A DNA stretch of 64,000 nucleotides, from positions 1,240,001 through 1,304,000 of the forward strand of contig CM038999.1 of NCBI GenBank assembly GCA_017499595.2, written 5' to 3'. This document shows, one piece after another, positions 25,872 to 38,114 of this stretch. The notes under the pieces were generated by a model that ran no database searches, had not been told where the DNA came from, and saw only the letters and a list, made by a program, of their open reading frames with translations. Position 1 is the first letter of the stretch, and every line of letters begins with the position of its first letter. Source of the stretch: Psilocybe cubensis (Eukaryota). The translations under genes were made by a program, and so were the position numbers.

Positions 25872-28136
25872 TCAAAGACGAGGTTGTGGAAGTGAAACGA
25901 TCAGAACACCTTGATTGCGGGCATCGACTTCGCATTTGATCCCTAGCCTGCACAGAAGAAATTAGCATTCTGAAAAGAGATGTTTGGGTTATTAAACAAA
26001 CCTTTGCATCTCTCGTTGGACAGCAGGTTTAAGAGTGGGCCTCTGATCGATAGAGTGTTTGCCCTTTCCAACGATCACACGGACAGTCGTGCGTTTCTCC
26101 TCATTTGCTTTGATGATAGCTCTCTCGACCCGGTCAAAAGCCTCACGTGGACGAAGGCCGTGTACATCAATTTCATTAGACTTGGTAAGGGTATTTCGGG
26201 CTGTAGATGGGTAATAGACAATTAGCATGTTAACTTTGAAGAAGGAATATAGAATGAAATGCAGGGACCTACCAACGAAGTATCTCCGTGCCGCTTTCTC
26301 GTGTAGCTTGTATGCTTCAGCATCCAATTCTCGGACCTTGATTTTTAAAGCAAGGGCGTCCATCACCCGTCCTTCCGACTCGGCACGTTTCCTTTGTTCC
26401 TCTAGTTGCGCTCTTACGGACTCCTCTTCTCGAGCTTTTTGGCGCAATTGATCAGCACGCTGGTAGAGTCTGGTTGGTATACGAGTAGAAAGTATCGAAG
26501 CATCGCTCGGATCAGAGAGGATGGTAGACGGGGAAGGTGGAGGGGGAGACTCCGGTGGCGGAGAAGTCGTGCGTCGGAACAAAGGTCCAGAAGGTGGTAG
26601 CGGAGGTTGCAGGAGTGGATTCTGTGACAAAGACCCTGGCATCTGAAGTTCATCCTGAAAGTCATCTTCGGTGACATTTGGTGCGGGCTCTGTCGCAGCG
26701 GCGGCATGATCAGACCCCAGAGCAGATCTCACGTTGAGACTCAACGGAGATAACTGGCCTTCTAGTTCATCGAGGCGTGCTTGCTTGGGTGTAAGCAAAG
26801 GGTCAGCATCGTGTTCGTTATCCGTTTCCATTGCGAGTTTATCCCGAGCGCCGGGGGTGAGAAGTTCGTCAACCTCGCTTTCGTAATTGGCTTGAAGATT
26901 TACTTTAGTGTTACCAACACAGTCCATCCTTTCGTCGATGTTCTCTTGTATGATGATGTGATTAGAGGCTGTGGGGGTGTGTATATGCCAAAGAGGATCC
27001 TGGTGGCGAAGGAGCACAGGAAGAGCGCCCTGAACCTCAGCAGATGTTGTAGCAAATTGATTTGGAAAAAGAGACTCAGCATTCACGTGTGATGATTGCG
27101 ACGTTAGCCAATCAACCACGACGCTGTTGGGCGAGCTTCGAAGCTCGTAATTAGGAACTGGGATAGGCATATCAATTGGGTCAGGCCCGTTAGGAAGAGG
27201 TTGTTGGGTAATATTGTTTCGGTTCTGGTGTTGGTCTCCGCTACGAGGAGATACATTTGAAGTTTGATCACCGTTCTCCGGATGTGCGGTGTTGTCTTCT
27301 GGTGACGAAAGCTCGGGAATGGTATACAACTGGTTTTCAAAGCGTGGCTTATGACAATCAAGATAAGAATCGTTATTGGAAAGGTCATTCATTCCATCTG
27401 AGGGGATAGCCGTGTCTGGAGGTGTGGGAAGATGGTTAGGAACAGGGAGGGGCGAACCTGAATCTGGAGAATGGTCAAGCAAGGAGGCAAGGCCAGACCT
27501 AGGGCGAACAGGAAGCGCCTCTTGGACGAAGTGTTCCGTGGATTGTTGAACTTGGAGGAGTACGGGTTTTGGAGAAGGTGACAATATGGAGTCTTCTTGT
27601 AGAAAGAAACTGGGAGGTGTTGGAGGGCGTTCCAAGGGCGATATAGAGGAAGAAAATGGTGGTGGAGGGTTCTCAGGAAGGAGCGGGTTTATAGACGATT
27701 GATCTGGGTCGGGTGCTCTGTAGGCACGAATTCGTGGTGGTAATGGTGTCGACAGAATAGGAACGGCGGTCGGAATTGAACGCGAATGCCTGTGCCTTCT
27801 CTCCTTGACTCGTTCCCGATCTTTCTTCAGGGCTGCGCGAAGGCTTGCGCGAGGGACGAAGGCTTCCGACGCGACCGAGCCAAGAGCACTCCATAACAGT
27901 ACCATAACCATCCGTTGTAAATCTTTCGAGATTAGGAGGTCCATCACAATGCGCAATCCGTAGGCAAGGACATGATCTAGATTGGGAGATGTCGAGCGAC
28001 CCGATACTTGGTGAAGAACAATGCCCTCCCATAGTCCGAGAATGGCGGTTGTTAGTTTGTTGGTGGGGCCTGTATTAGTAGGAACGAGGAATATGCGCAG
28101 GCCAAGGCCTGCTAAGATAGAGAGGGCTACATCCAT
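25872..28136 (-). CDS. Smr (small MutS-related) domain protein with hydrophobic N-terminus
   Basis: C-terminal IDVHGL...VRVIVGKGKHS...LKPAV...|NQGVLIV Smr motifs follow a coiled-coil helix and a long Pro/Ser-rich linker. Introns 26201-26272 and about 25948-26000. Confidence 0.85.
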
Positions 28137-28811
28137 TAAGCGGGGATGGACTGTGATTGAGCAATATCTTTGATAGAGGTTATAGGCGTGAACATTGCAA
28201 TGGGTGCAAGCACGACGGGAATGCGTGGATTAGTGGGTTAACGGAAGAGACCTCGTGCTCGGTGGATGTGCAGGCGGAGGCCACGATTTGTATTCTATTC
28301 TGAGGCAGTCAGAAGACCCGTGAAGATTGTTTGTTCACTGATAGAATTAAACTTTAACACAAGTTCTTGAAAGTCAAGGTTGCAGCATGAAGAAATTGTG
28401 GGATAATTGGGATATAAACTTGACCGTCCAAACGAGCTCTATTATCTACATAAAATGGTAAGTGGAGTCAATTTTCAAGTTTCTTGAATGAGCGAGGAGA
28501 GTACAGACTTAGTTTGTGTCCATAGAGTGGAGTTGTGTGCAATATTAAAGGGCGGCAGAACACTCGGTCCTCATGCATCATGTCCCGCGTTTGCGAGTGC
28601 AATGCGGATTACGCATGCCGTATGTCACAGGATAAGTCACAATATTGTTGTCACGAAACTTGAACGATCATGTGATCGACGCGTCTTGCAATTCCATTTG
28701 GGGAGGATTGGTTCCGAACATTGAAACAACCAACAACTGCGGAGATTCGTGTAGGTTTCACTCAAGTTCAACACTTTACGAGCAACAACCGAAGGATTAC
28801 ATAGGTTTTCA

Positions 28812-31800
28812 ATGGCTTCCAGAAGAAAGCCTGTACCAAGGGTCCAATCTCCTGTAAATGAACCTATGTTGCCACCGATGCCATTACAGAGCGACCCAGT
28901 GGACCCCCAGATCAAACGATACAGTCTTTCAGATGGCCCTGCGACTTATACCCAGATCAGCGACGCCGTTGAAGAATTATATCCAGATAACGCGGTCACA
29001 AGCATTCAGTCGGACCCCTTTCACGACGGTGGATCTTCGGCAGGCGGGCATTCATCCAACGAGTCCAATGCATATTCGCAGACCTCGACGTCTGAGTTTC
29101 GACGTTATCAGCCTGGACAATATTTGGCTCCTATAATAACTGGAGAAACCTTGCAGATTGAGCCCGAGCTGCCAGCGCCTTCAATGGCGCATTCGGACCC
29201 CTTTTACGACCCGACCACGCCTCTATCATCCGGTCCAGTACCATTAATCGTTCAACCAGATCAGACTTACAACCAACCTCAAGAACTTTATGAATCATCC
29301 ACATACCAATCATATGGTTCAACTTACGATCATAACGCCCTTCCAGCCGGTTCGGAAATCGATCACTTCAACTATGACACCGAAGCTTATGCTTCAGGCA
29401 ACAAGTCTCGCGCATCTTACAGGCCGCGTCGATCGAGATCACCTACTCCTGCACCCGATGATGAAGATTACTTGATTGTTGGCGATGAATCTATACATTA
29501 TACCGGATACCCAGGATACCCAGAAGAACAATATGGCTATGCTGCAGAGAAAGAAGCAAAAGAATCGCCTTATTATAAAGAACAAGGATATCTCCCCAAT
29601 GGACACGCAGTTATCTACGACCCTGAACCTGAAACGCCGACCTCGACCTTGTATTCGCTGCCTCCGGACCAGCAACAAGAGACACGACATTTTGGACCCG
29701 CGCCAGTTGGCCGAATTTTACGAAGACATAAAACCAAACGACGAGTGCAGTTGACCAATGGTAATCTAGTTGTTGATTTGGATGTACCCCCCAAGCTTCG
29801 CCTTCCCCGTAAGGGGGAGCCGGAAACTATGAAAACTCGATATACCGCAGTCACCTGTGATCCTGACGATTTTGAGAAGAAAGGTTTCTTTTTACGCCAA
29901 AACGAATCTGGGAGACGGACTGAGCTGTTTATTGTGATAACGATGTATAATGTAATACATTCTTCTCTAGCATGTGCTTCTAATCGCTGCTGATGATGAT
30001 ACAGGAGGACGAAATATTGTTTTGCAGGACTTTGTATGGCGTGATGCGCAATATTGCACATCTTTGCACACGGAAGAATTCACAGACATGGGGTCCCAAT
30101 GCATGGGAGAAGGTGTGTCTGTCCTTCTGTACTGGATTTTGTACTGAAGACATGCTTTTTTATGTAGGTGGTTGTTTGCATAGTAGCTGACGGTCGGAAG
30201 AAAGTTCACCCTCGTGTCCTCGACTGTCTAACGTTGTTGGGCGTTTACCAACCTGGTGACCACATGAAGAACAAAGTCAACGAAAAAGAAGTAACCGCAC
30301 ATCTATTCGAATATACCACTTCCTTTGCTCTTGACCCCAATCTTCATTTCAAATACCCGGACAAAGGAATTGTGCCAACCCAAATCATCTTTTGTATGAA
30401 GGAGAAGAACCAAAAAAAGATCAACAGTCATCGATGGTTCTTCAATGCCTTTGCGCCAATGCTTCAGGTCAGCTGCTTCACCCATCATGATCCGAACTTG
30501 TTCACTTAGGATGAACATAGCCTAATGTTTGCGTCCTTCTTGATGTCGGAACACGCCCTGGAAAAAGCAGTATCTATCGACTTTGGAAAGTGTTTGATCT
30601 TGATTCAACAGTCGCAGGGGCATGTGGTGAAATCGCGGCCTACAAGGGCAAGAATTGGTCACTCTTGCTTAACCCTCTTGGTGAATTCTGCAAATGTAGC
30701 ATCCTTCTTTGTTTTGCTTACTGTTTTCTGCAGTGGCCGCCCAGAATTTTGAATACAAGATTAGTTGTATTCTTGATAAACCTACTGAATCAATGTTTGG
30801 ATATATCAGTGTATTGGTGAGTACAGACTTAGCACAAATTACATCCTGTTGTCATCTTATATTGTCTAGCCTGGTGCCTTCTCAGCCTATCGGTATGCAT
30901 GGAACCTTCAGGATGTCGTACAATTTTTAACGCTTGTTTCACAGATATATCGCATTACAGAATAATGAGCACGGCGTCGGCCCATTAGCTTCTTACTTTA
31001 AAGGCGAGGTGTTGCATGGCCGAGATACGGATATTTTCACATCTAATATGTGTAAGTCCCCTCCCGAGCTTTCCTTCTGAAAGAAATGCTCAAGCTTCCA
31101 CGAACAAATATATAGACTTGGCTGAAGATGTACGTTTTATCTCTATGCCCATATCGCGATTATCTGACATAATATTCACAGCGAATTTTATGCTTCGAAC
31201 TGATCGCAAAGGCGAACTGTAACTGGTACGTCCTAGATATATACTCTTTTGCCTTCCTCGTCTCATTGGTCTACAGGATTCTTAAATATGTTAAGGGTGC
31301 AGTTGGAGAAACTGATGTCCCTGACGCACTGCCCGAGTTCATTTCGCAAAGGCGTCGATGGCTCAACGGCTCATTCTTTGCGGCTACATATGCCATTGCC
31401 CACGTGGGACAAATTCTTCGCTCTGGACACAGTTTTACTCGCAAAACGATGTTTATGGTGGAGACAGTGTATAACATAATCAATCTTATATTCTCTTGGT
31501 TTAGCATTGTGAGTCTTTCGATCAATGGTGAATAAAACTTGCAGGCTAATGCTTATGTTAGGGTAACTTTTACCTATTCTTTGTGAGCATAATACAACCA
31601 CGTAGCTATGTGCAGAAAACTAATCTCCATTCAGGTCGTACTTACGACATCATTGGAAAACGCATCGTTTGGATTAAAGGGCATAAAATATTTTAACACT
31701 TTAGTTCAGGCAAGTCGATTGATATCCTTTCACTTACTTGATGTTAATGTTGACCATTGCTCATAGTACATCATGGCTTCTCTTATTGTTGCAACCTTCC

Positions 31801-32837
31801 TCTTCTCTATGGGCAATAAACCTGCTGCGTATGTTACTCGTCGTATGCACTTATTCGTTTATCCTAATTCCAAATTCACCATATTAGGGCCAAGTTCAAG
31901 TACAAATTAACGAGTATTATCATGGGCATCTTAATGCTTTATATGATTATCGCCTCGATTATCTGCGCCGTTCAGGCAGCACATCAAGGAGGATCCGCAA
32001 ACTCTGTCATGCTGTTCAGCATAGTGATTACATACGGACGTGAGTTTCGATATTTCGCGGATAGGAAGCTGCGAGCTCATCTTGTAAAATAGTATACGTT
32101 TTCAGCAGCTTGCTGGCCTTTGATCCATGGCATATTGTTACCAGCTTCTTACCGTACATGCTGCTCTCACCGATGTACATCAATATCTTGAACATGTGAG
32201 TCAGTGATGTCTGCATACAAACTGTTATTGATCGCGTTTATAGTTACGCTTTCTCGAACCTTGATGATATTTCATGGGGCACCAAACAAGATTCAGTTCC
32301 AGACTCGGATCTTGGGGCTGTTGTACAAGACAGCCACTCTCATGTCGACGTCGAGATGCTTACAGAAGTCGCCGATGTAAACAGCATATATGAAGAATCT
32401 CTTGTCAACCTGCGGGACCGTGTACCCATCGATAATGGCAAGGGAAAGAAAGGTCCGGCTTCCATCGCCGAAAGGGAGAACGCTGCAAAAGACTATTACG
32501 CCAACGTTAGAACAAATGTTTTGCTGGCCTGGGTTCTTTCAAATGTAAGCTCTTGTTACTAGTCGTTCCATTTGTGAAATGTTAATTTCCGGCGTTGCAG
32601 GGCTTGCTCCTGGTTGCGATTTTGAGTGGTATGGGAGATATGGATGTTTTCGGGAACGATACTGGAATCACAAAAGTGAAGGCTTATATGGTATTCATTC
32701 TGGCCTTTACTGCGATAACCAACATGGTTGTAAGTTCAAGTATTCCGGTTACCTGCCTTATTGCATGTTCTAACGATGATTTTCAGCGGTTTACTGGATC
32801 AACGTTATATCTTTTGGCTAGATTAATTACCGGATAG
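28812..32837 (+). CDS. Chitin synthase (GT2, division 1 type)
   Basis: [73 protein letters not shown] and DDISWGTK motifs. Confidence 0.95.
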
Positions 32838-33306
32838 ATTATTTTGGAGGATAGCATTTTATCCTTTTGTTTTCATTTACTTATGCTAGATGTATTACGA
32901 TAGTGCGGACTTCTTGCTTTTTGCTTTGCTGTAATTTCTTGTATATTAATGTGATTGGATGAATGGCTCGCTCTTCTTGATTAACTGGAAAGGCAAGGGT
33001 TTCGCTGCATCAGATGTTAACAAGGTCAAGAGTAGGGTGTAAGAGGGATGGCTCGTACAACTTCGCAAACCTCTTTTTGCAGAATACTTGAGTTGTTTAA
33101 AGCAGACCAATAATTGCGTTAAATATAAGGACGCGTTGTTGAGTCTTGTCGGATATGAACACTTGTCTCGAAAGCTTCAAAGATGTATATGTATGTAGTA
33201 TCGATTACAATAATTCTTTTAAAATTGAAACAACTGAGAGCCCTTTGATCATAGTAGCGGCGCGTATCTAGAAATTCCGCTCGAAACGCGACCGACACGT
33301 CTTTGT

Positions 33307-33541
33307 CTATGTAGCCTTCTTGGGGGCTTTGGTGGGTTTGGCGGCGGACACCTTAGCTTCAGGGGCAGCAGCCTTTACTGGCACAGAAGGAGTGGTCTGC
33401 TTCTTGGCACTTGGGGGAGGGGTGGCTTTGGTCTAGTCGCACAGCGTACATTAAGCATTGAAACAAAGAGAGCGCGATAATGCTATGTACCTGAGAGCCA
33501 GAAACCTTCGATCCGGGGGTGGGGGTGTTCTTGGCGGGCAT
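33307..33541 (-). CDS. 58-aa basic Lys/Ala/Pro-rich microprotein (histone H1 tail-like composition)
   Basis: Exons 33541-33491 and 33432-33307, intron GTACAT..CTAG. Translation MPAKNTPTPGSKVSGSQTKATPPPSAKKQTTPSVPVKAAAPEAKVSAAKPTKAPKKAT*. 5'UTR intron 33610-33548 and an upstream TATA box. Confidence 0.75.
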
Positions 33542-33678
33542 GTTAAACTGTTAGAAAAACATCGGTTAACGAGATATAAGCAAGCGACAGGTGCTGGGCA
33601 GACTACAGACCTTTGGTAAAACCTTGGCTTGATGAGAGAGAGAGATGCTTATGACTCTTGCTCAGGATTCAAGGCTCA

Positions 33679-33685
33679 TTTTATA
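33679..33685 (-). promoter_or_regulatory. TATA box of the 58-aa microprotein gene
   Basis: TATAAAA on the minus strand, about 70 nt upstream of the 5'UTR intron donor and followed by a CT-rich stretch. Confidence 0.6.
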
Positions 33686-34457
33686 GTCCAAAAGTATGCC
33701 TCAACACCGCCAAACGTTTGCATCTCGAAGCCAAACAACGCATAAGCTGCGGCGATTTCGCCATACGGTCGTCCGTCACTAGATACTGGCCACAAGACTC
33801 GTAATAGGATATAATTCCGGAGATGAACGCCATAGAACGTGTGCAGGAAATGAGGAAAATTCCAGGATTGGACAGTTCTTGCTATCACTGTCGAAGGTCA
33901 AAGCCGTGGGTTGTAATCGGATAACAGATAATCAGGGGTCAATGTATGTGGTATATGCCAATTGGAAGTTCAGATTAAGCCCGAGATATAGAAAGGAGAC
34001 TGCGAGCTCCCAGAGATAGATTGATGAGCAACGCATTTCACATAGCAAGACGGTAGAGTGTTCCGGACTAAGCTAGAGACAATCTAAATTTAGATTGACC
34101 TAGCGCCTTATTGATGAAGATTAGAGAAGATTGAACTGATGGTCTGGATAAGTTTGCATCTACCCAGCTTCCATCGCACCGACGTCAAGGCCGATCATAT
34201 CATGGTCAAAATAGAGACTTTGATGTCGCCTTCCAACCATTCGGAAAAACTTGGGCAAATTCGACTTCGAAGCCTCATGTCTTGGACTATTCCAGAACGA
34301 CAACCCGAAAGCATCGCTCACAAAGCATTTCGGGAAGAATCTGAAGAAGTCAAGCAGAAGCCCGCGCGCAGTGAGTCGCTACGACTGTGTCTGAATATAA
34401 TCACCCAAAATTAGAGCACTGTTGTCCGGACAATGGGTGTATACGGAGTAACTAGCG

Positions 34458-35255
34458 TTAACTTTCAGGAGATATATGCTCCTGTTTGTTCGTCGGTGCA
34501 TCCAGCGACAGACGCTCCTCCTCGATTCTTTGCCGTTGACTGTTTGTTCTTTGAGCATTGGCGGACATACTCCGACTTCTAGCCATAGCTTCTGCCAATG
34601 CTTCTCTGCGAGTGGTGGCAGTATGGGCAATGACAATAAATATGGTCTTCACGGGAAGTCAACTAAGCAAGGCGAACTGACGACAGTAAGTATGACATAC
34701 CAAAACAACTCCAGCCACTATGATTTTGTCTTTCCTACTATCATCCACTGCACCACTACTATATAGCTCCTGTCTTCTCTGTCGTGCGGCTCTGTATGCA
34801 GCAGTTGTCCGATGCCGTGCCTCCAAGTCGGATGCTTTAGCATAGGTGGCATCTGCATCCGGAGGAATCTTGCCCCTCAAAACATCGTAGGCAGCTGTTA
34901 TTGCCTGGAAACGCGTATGTGCAACCTCTGGAGGAACGGAATCTATAGCTTTGTCCGGATGGTAAATGCGGACGAGGTCATAGTCTGTCTGAAGAAGTGA
35001 GAACTCGTTCATTCTTCAGAACCTTGCATACTGACATCGAGCTTTTATGTCGGACTTGCTGGCATTCTTAGGCAAATGAAAAAGTTGGTGGGGGGTAGGA
35101 TTTCTATGTGTGGGATATGGATAAGGGTTGCCATGTTTTGCCTCTGGGGCAGCATGACGATGTCTTCGTATCGGAAGGATATCCTTGTTTGGACATCTGC
35201 ACCGATGAATAGCAGTAGTCCATCGGGAGAGGTTTACGGACAACTTTAGAGACAT
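34458..35255 (-). CDS. Mitochondrial J-domain (DnaJ) protein, Jid1-like
   Basis: Basic presequence, then YPYPTHRNPTPHQLFHL..DIKAR|YYDLVRIYHPDK (HPD motif) and FQAITAAYDVL. C-terminal TM segment IIVAGVVL. Confidence 0.8.
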
Positions 35256-37108
35256 TTCTAGATGATTATTAATAGTTTAACAGAGGCCAGAATATCATGA
35301 CTCTAAAAGTGTCATGAGCTGTAATGTATCATGAAAGGGTGTAGCAAGTTGCAACAGAGTGGTGAAAAGACAAAGCAAAGAAAGCCGAAGCGTTACAATT
35401 TGTTGAAGGCCCGGAGACCGGCAATGAAAATGCCGGATTGACCCGTCCCTCAGAACCTCGTTTGCTTCTTTGCTTCCAACAACTTGTCGCCGAGTTTTTT
35501 GAAAAGCTGACTACTCATTATGCTCGAAATTTGTTCCAAACCTATAAACTTAAGGCACCTCTCAACAAGAATTTTGAACATAACTTACAATACATCCAAG
35601 CTCGTGCACCTGGTGGACAAAGAAGCGAAGCTCTTGTCTAGTTATACGGTTGTCTCGGATGAACGAATTATGGATAACATGTGGCAACTCCACCCAACCA
35701 CACTCGGTGGATTGTATTTGAATAGATTGAAGGTATAATGCTACATGATAATCCTGCCCCTTTATTATACTTTTGCCTGGGAGAAAAGTCTTCAGAGCAA
35801 TTAGGCGCCCAATAGTTAGACACGACCATTTCACTCTATTCCACGGGATTCTGTGGAAATTCTGACAATCATGTAGCCGAATGTTCATCTTTTATTATAT
35901 GTGGGTGTCTGTGGGTGTTTTACTTTCAGCTGTTGCTCACAAGTCATATCAACGAACACGCCATCGTAATATCCCATGGTACAGAGGGCTTAAATTATAT
36001 CAAACAACAATATCTGTCTGCCTGTAACATATTGTGCACAAAGTTTCTGTTGAATTAAGATCTGAGGGGTAAGCGATGTGGAACGGGGATCATTCTGGCC
36101 CTCTTCTCCCGTCGACACATAGAGTCATTTGTCCTTTCCACTTGTGCTGATATGCATCTATGAGGGTATAGGGATCCAATTTTTGCTATGGTCAACAGGG
36201 AAAATTTACCCTTGGAAAACCTCACAGCGTAGACATATCTCCAAGTCTACTATGGGCCGAACCTGCACTCGATTTCGGGATCTCTCACCATAACTACTTT
36301 TTTGAAGGTAATATGCCCAACCAATTTCTGAAGCGGTAGGTTGGCACTTTTTCTGTGTTCGTGTGCTATTCTTAGAAAGAGCGAAACCAGGGTTGTGCCG
36401 GGCCCGTCGCAGCCCGGGTGTCTTCCTTCAGATACCTTTACAATAACGAGGTCTGCCCAATTTTTTGCTTACTCAGTTAGATGTGGGTACAAAATCGACA
36501 ATATTTTTCGAAAACTCTCTGATTGGGTGCGCCTGCCTAATATTGGCGAACTACATAACTTCACCTACTGCATCATGTCACAGGTTTCAGCACTTCGACT
36601 CCTTAAAAGACGGCTCCGTCCATCGCATATGGTCGTATTGTCGGATGTGTGCAATAGTAGATCGCAGTCACACAGCTTATTTTCCATACAATTTGCCGAA
36701 TAGCACCATAATGAAGCACATCTGGAATATTCTAGTAGTTAGAGACGACAGAGATGTCACTGGAGCTTCGGGGCAGCGCGGCCCACTTGTCTCTTAGTAG
36801 CGATATGATGTAACCTGTCAAAATATACCCAACTAGGCAAATTAGCTCCCTCATTCACTTGATCACAGGATGATTTTTGCGGTTTGAAATTTTGAATTTC
36901 ATGTCAAGGATGAGTAATGTAACCGCAGACAGGCTGTTTCTGAAACCCTGGGGACTCGGGTTCGTGGATGGTTATCACCCCCATCCTTATGAAAATGACG
37001 TACAGTTTAAAAAACTGGAAATTGCAAACACAAGGCAAAACGCATAAAAGGCATTTCGATTTCGAATTTGAAGTAGCTTTGAACATCCAACGCCCGACCA
37101 CAAGTACG

Positions 37109-37503
37109 ATGCTCTTTAAATCCCTTTATACGTCTATTGCTCTCGTAGTGACCCTCGCAGTCTCTGCTCATGCATCGACCATCGTTGCGTTTGGCAACAC
37201 TGATTGCACTGGCAGCGTAGGAGCCTCGGTGCAGTGCGATGGTAGCTGCCACGACTTCACTAACAGGCATTCACTCAAGGTACTATATGCAATCTTGGAT
37301 ATTTGCAACATTTAAGATTTAACAATCATTAGATTAGTGGGGGTGGAACGCATTGTGTAACCTATTTCGAGTCCACGGGCTGCAACTTTGTTGAGGGTCA
37401 AGGAGGAACCGACATCATCAACTCCGGCCAATGTCAGCATGTTAACACGGGACGCCCAGTGAAATCATTTATCTGCGCACCTGACAGCGTCTGTTTGGTC
37501 TGA
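37109..37503 (+). CDS. Small secreted cysteine-rich protein (113 aa, 8 Cys), MiAMP1/beta-gamma-crystallin-like by motif
   Basis: Exons 37109-37279 and 37333-37503. Signal peptide MLFKSLYTSIALVVTLAVSAHA. Mature STIVAFGNTDCTG...CDGSC...HCVTYFESTGC...GQC...VKSFICAPDSVCLV*. CATAAAA upstream near 37043. Confidence 0.85.
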
Positions 37504-38114
37504 TTCTGGTGAGTGCCTACTGGCGTTTTATTGATCCGAGGCTAAATGTCCATTAAAAACATTTCAGAACATTCTTCGATGTATCGAATTAAGTTAAATT
37601 CGAAAACTTGCAAGAAGAAACTTTTCGTTTCTCTGACATGAGAATACTTCAATGTATCTACCACATACAATAAACCAACAAACTTAAAACAATAAAACAA
37701 TGTTGGGCCGGGATATTTTGATTCGTGAAACTTGCGTACAAATGGCCTTGAGATGTTAAGTTTTCAACAAATAATTATAGCGTTTAGTGCTCCTACAAAA
37801 CTATATACCTTGACCAAGAAATCTATCTATGCCGGAAGGATATGGAAGTCAAAGTTCAATGCGTTAGTAAAAGTATGTACCGATCAAAAACCGACGAGTA
37901 TCATTCGGGTCCTTCGGTGAGTCTAATTATAGATGTGATAAATATAGATTCAATGCTACAACGGATGTCTGATTTCAACGCTGTTTCAACCCAACATGCT
38001 TTGAAAGTGCGTAAAAGCACATCGAGAGACTATTAAACATTGATATTTGATCCATTCATCTTAATATACATTTTATTACTAGATACTGAATTTGATACGT
38101 TTGTTAAGCGTAGA

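Noticed and set aside
26201-26272. Apparent extra hydrophobic segment in the Smr ORF (GRSLHFILYSFF...)
   Set aside because: It is a 72-nt stop-free in-frame intron (GTAGGT..GCTAAT..CTACAG). Similar read-through introns inflate ORFs in YPK9 and HEM2.
35400-36900. 60-120 aa ORFs in the gene-poor gap
   Set aside because: No motifs, no coherent splice pattern and no transposase or RT signatures.
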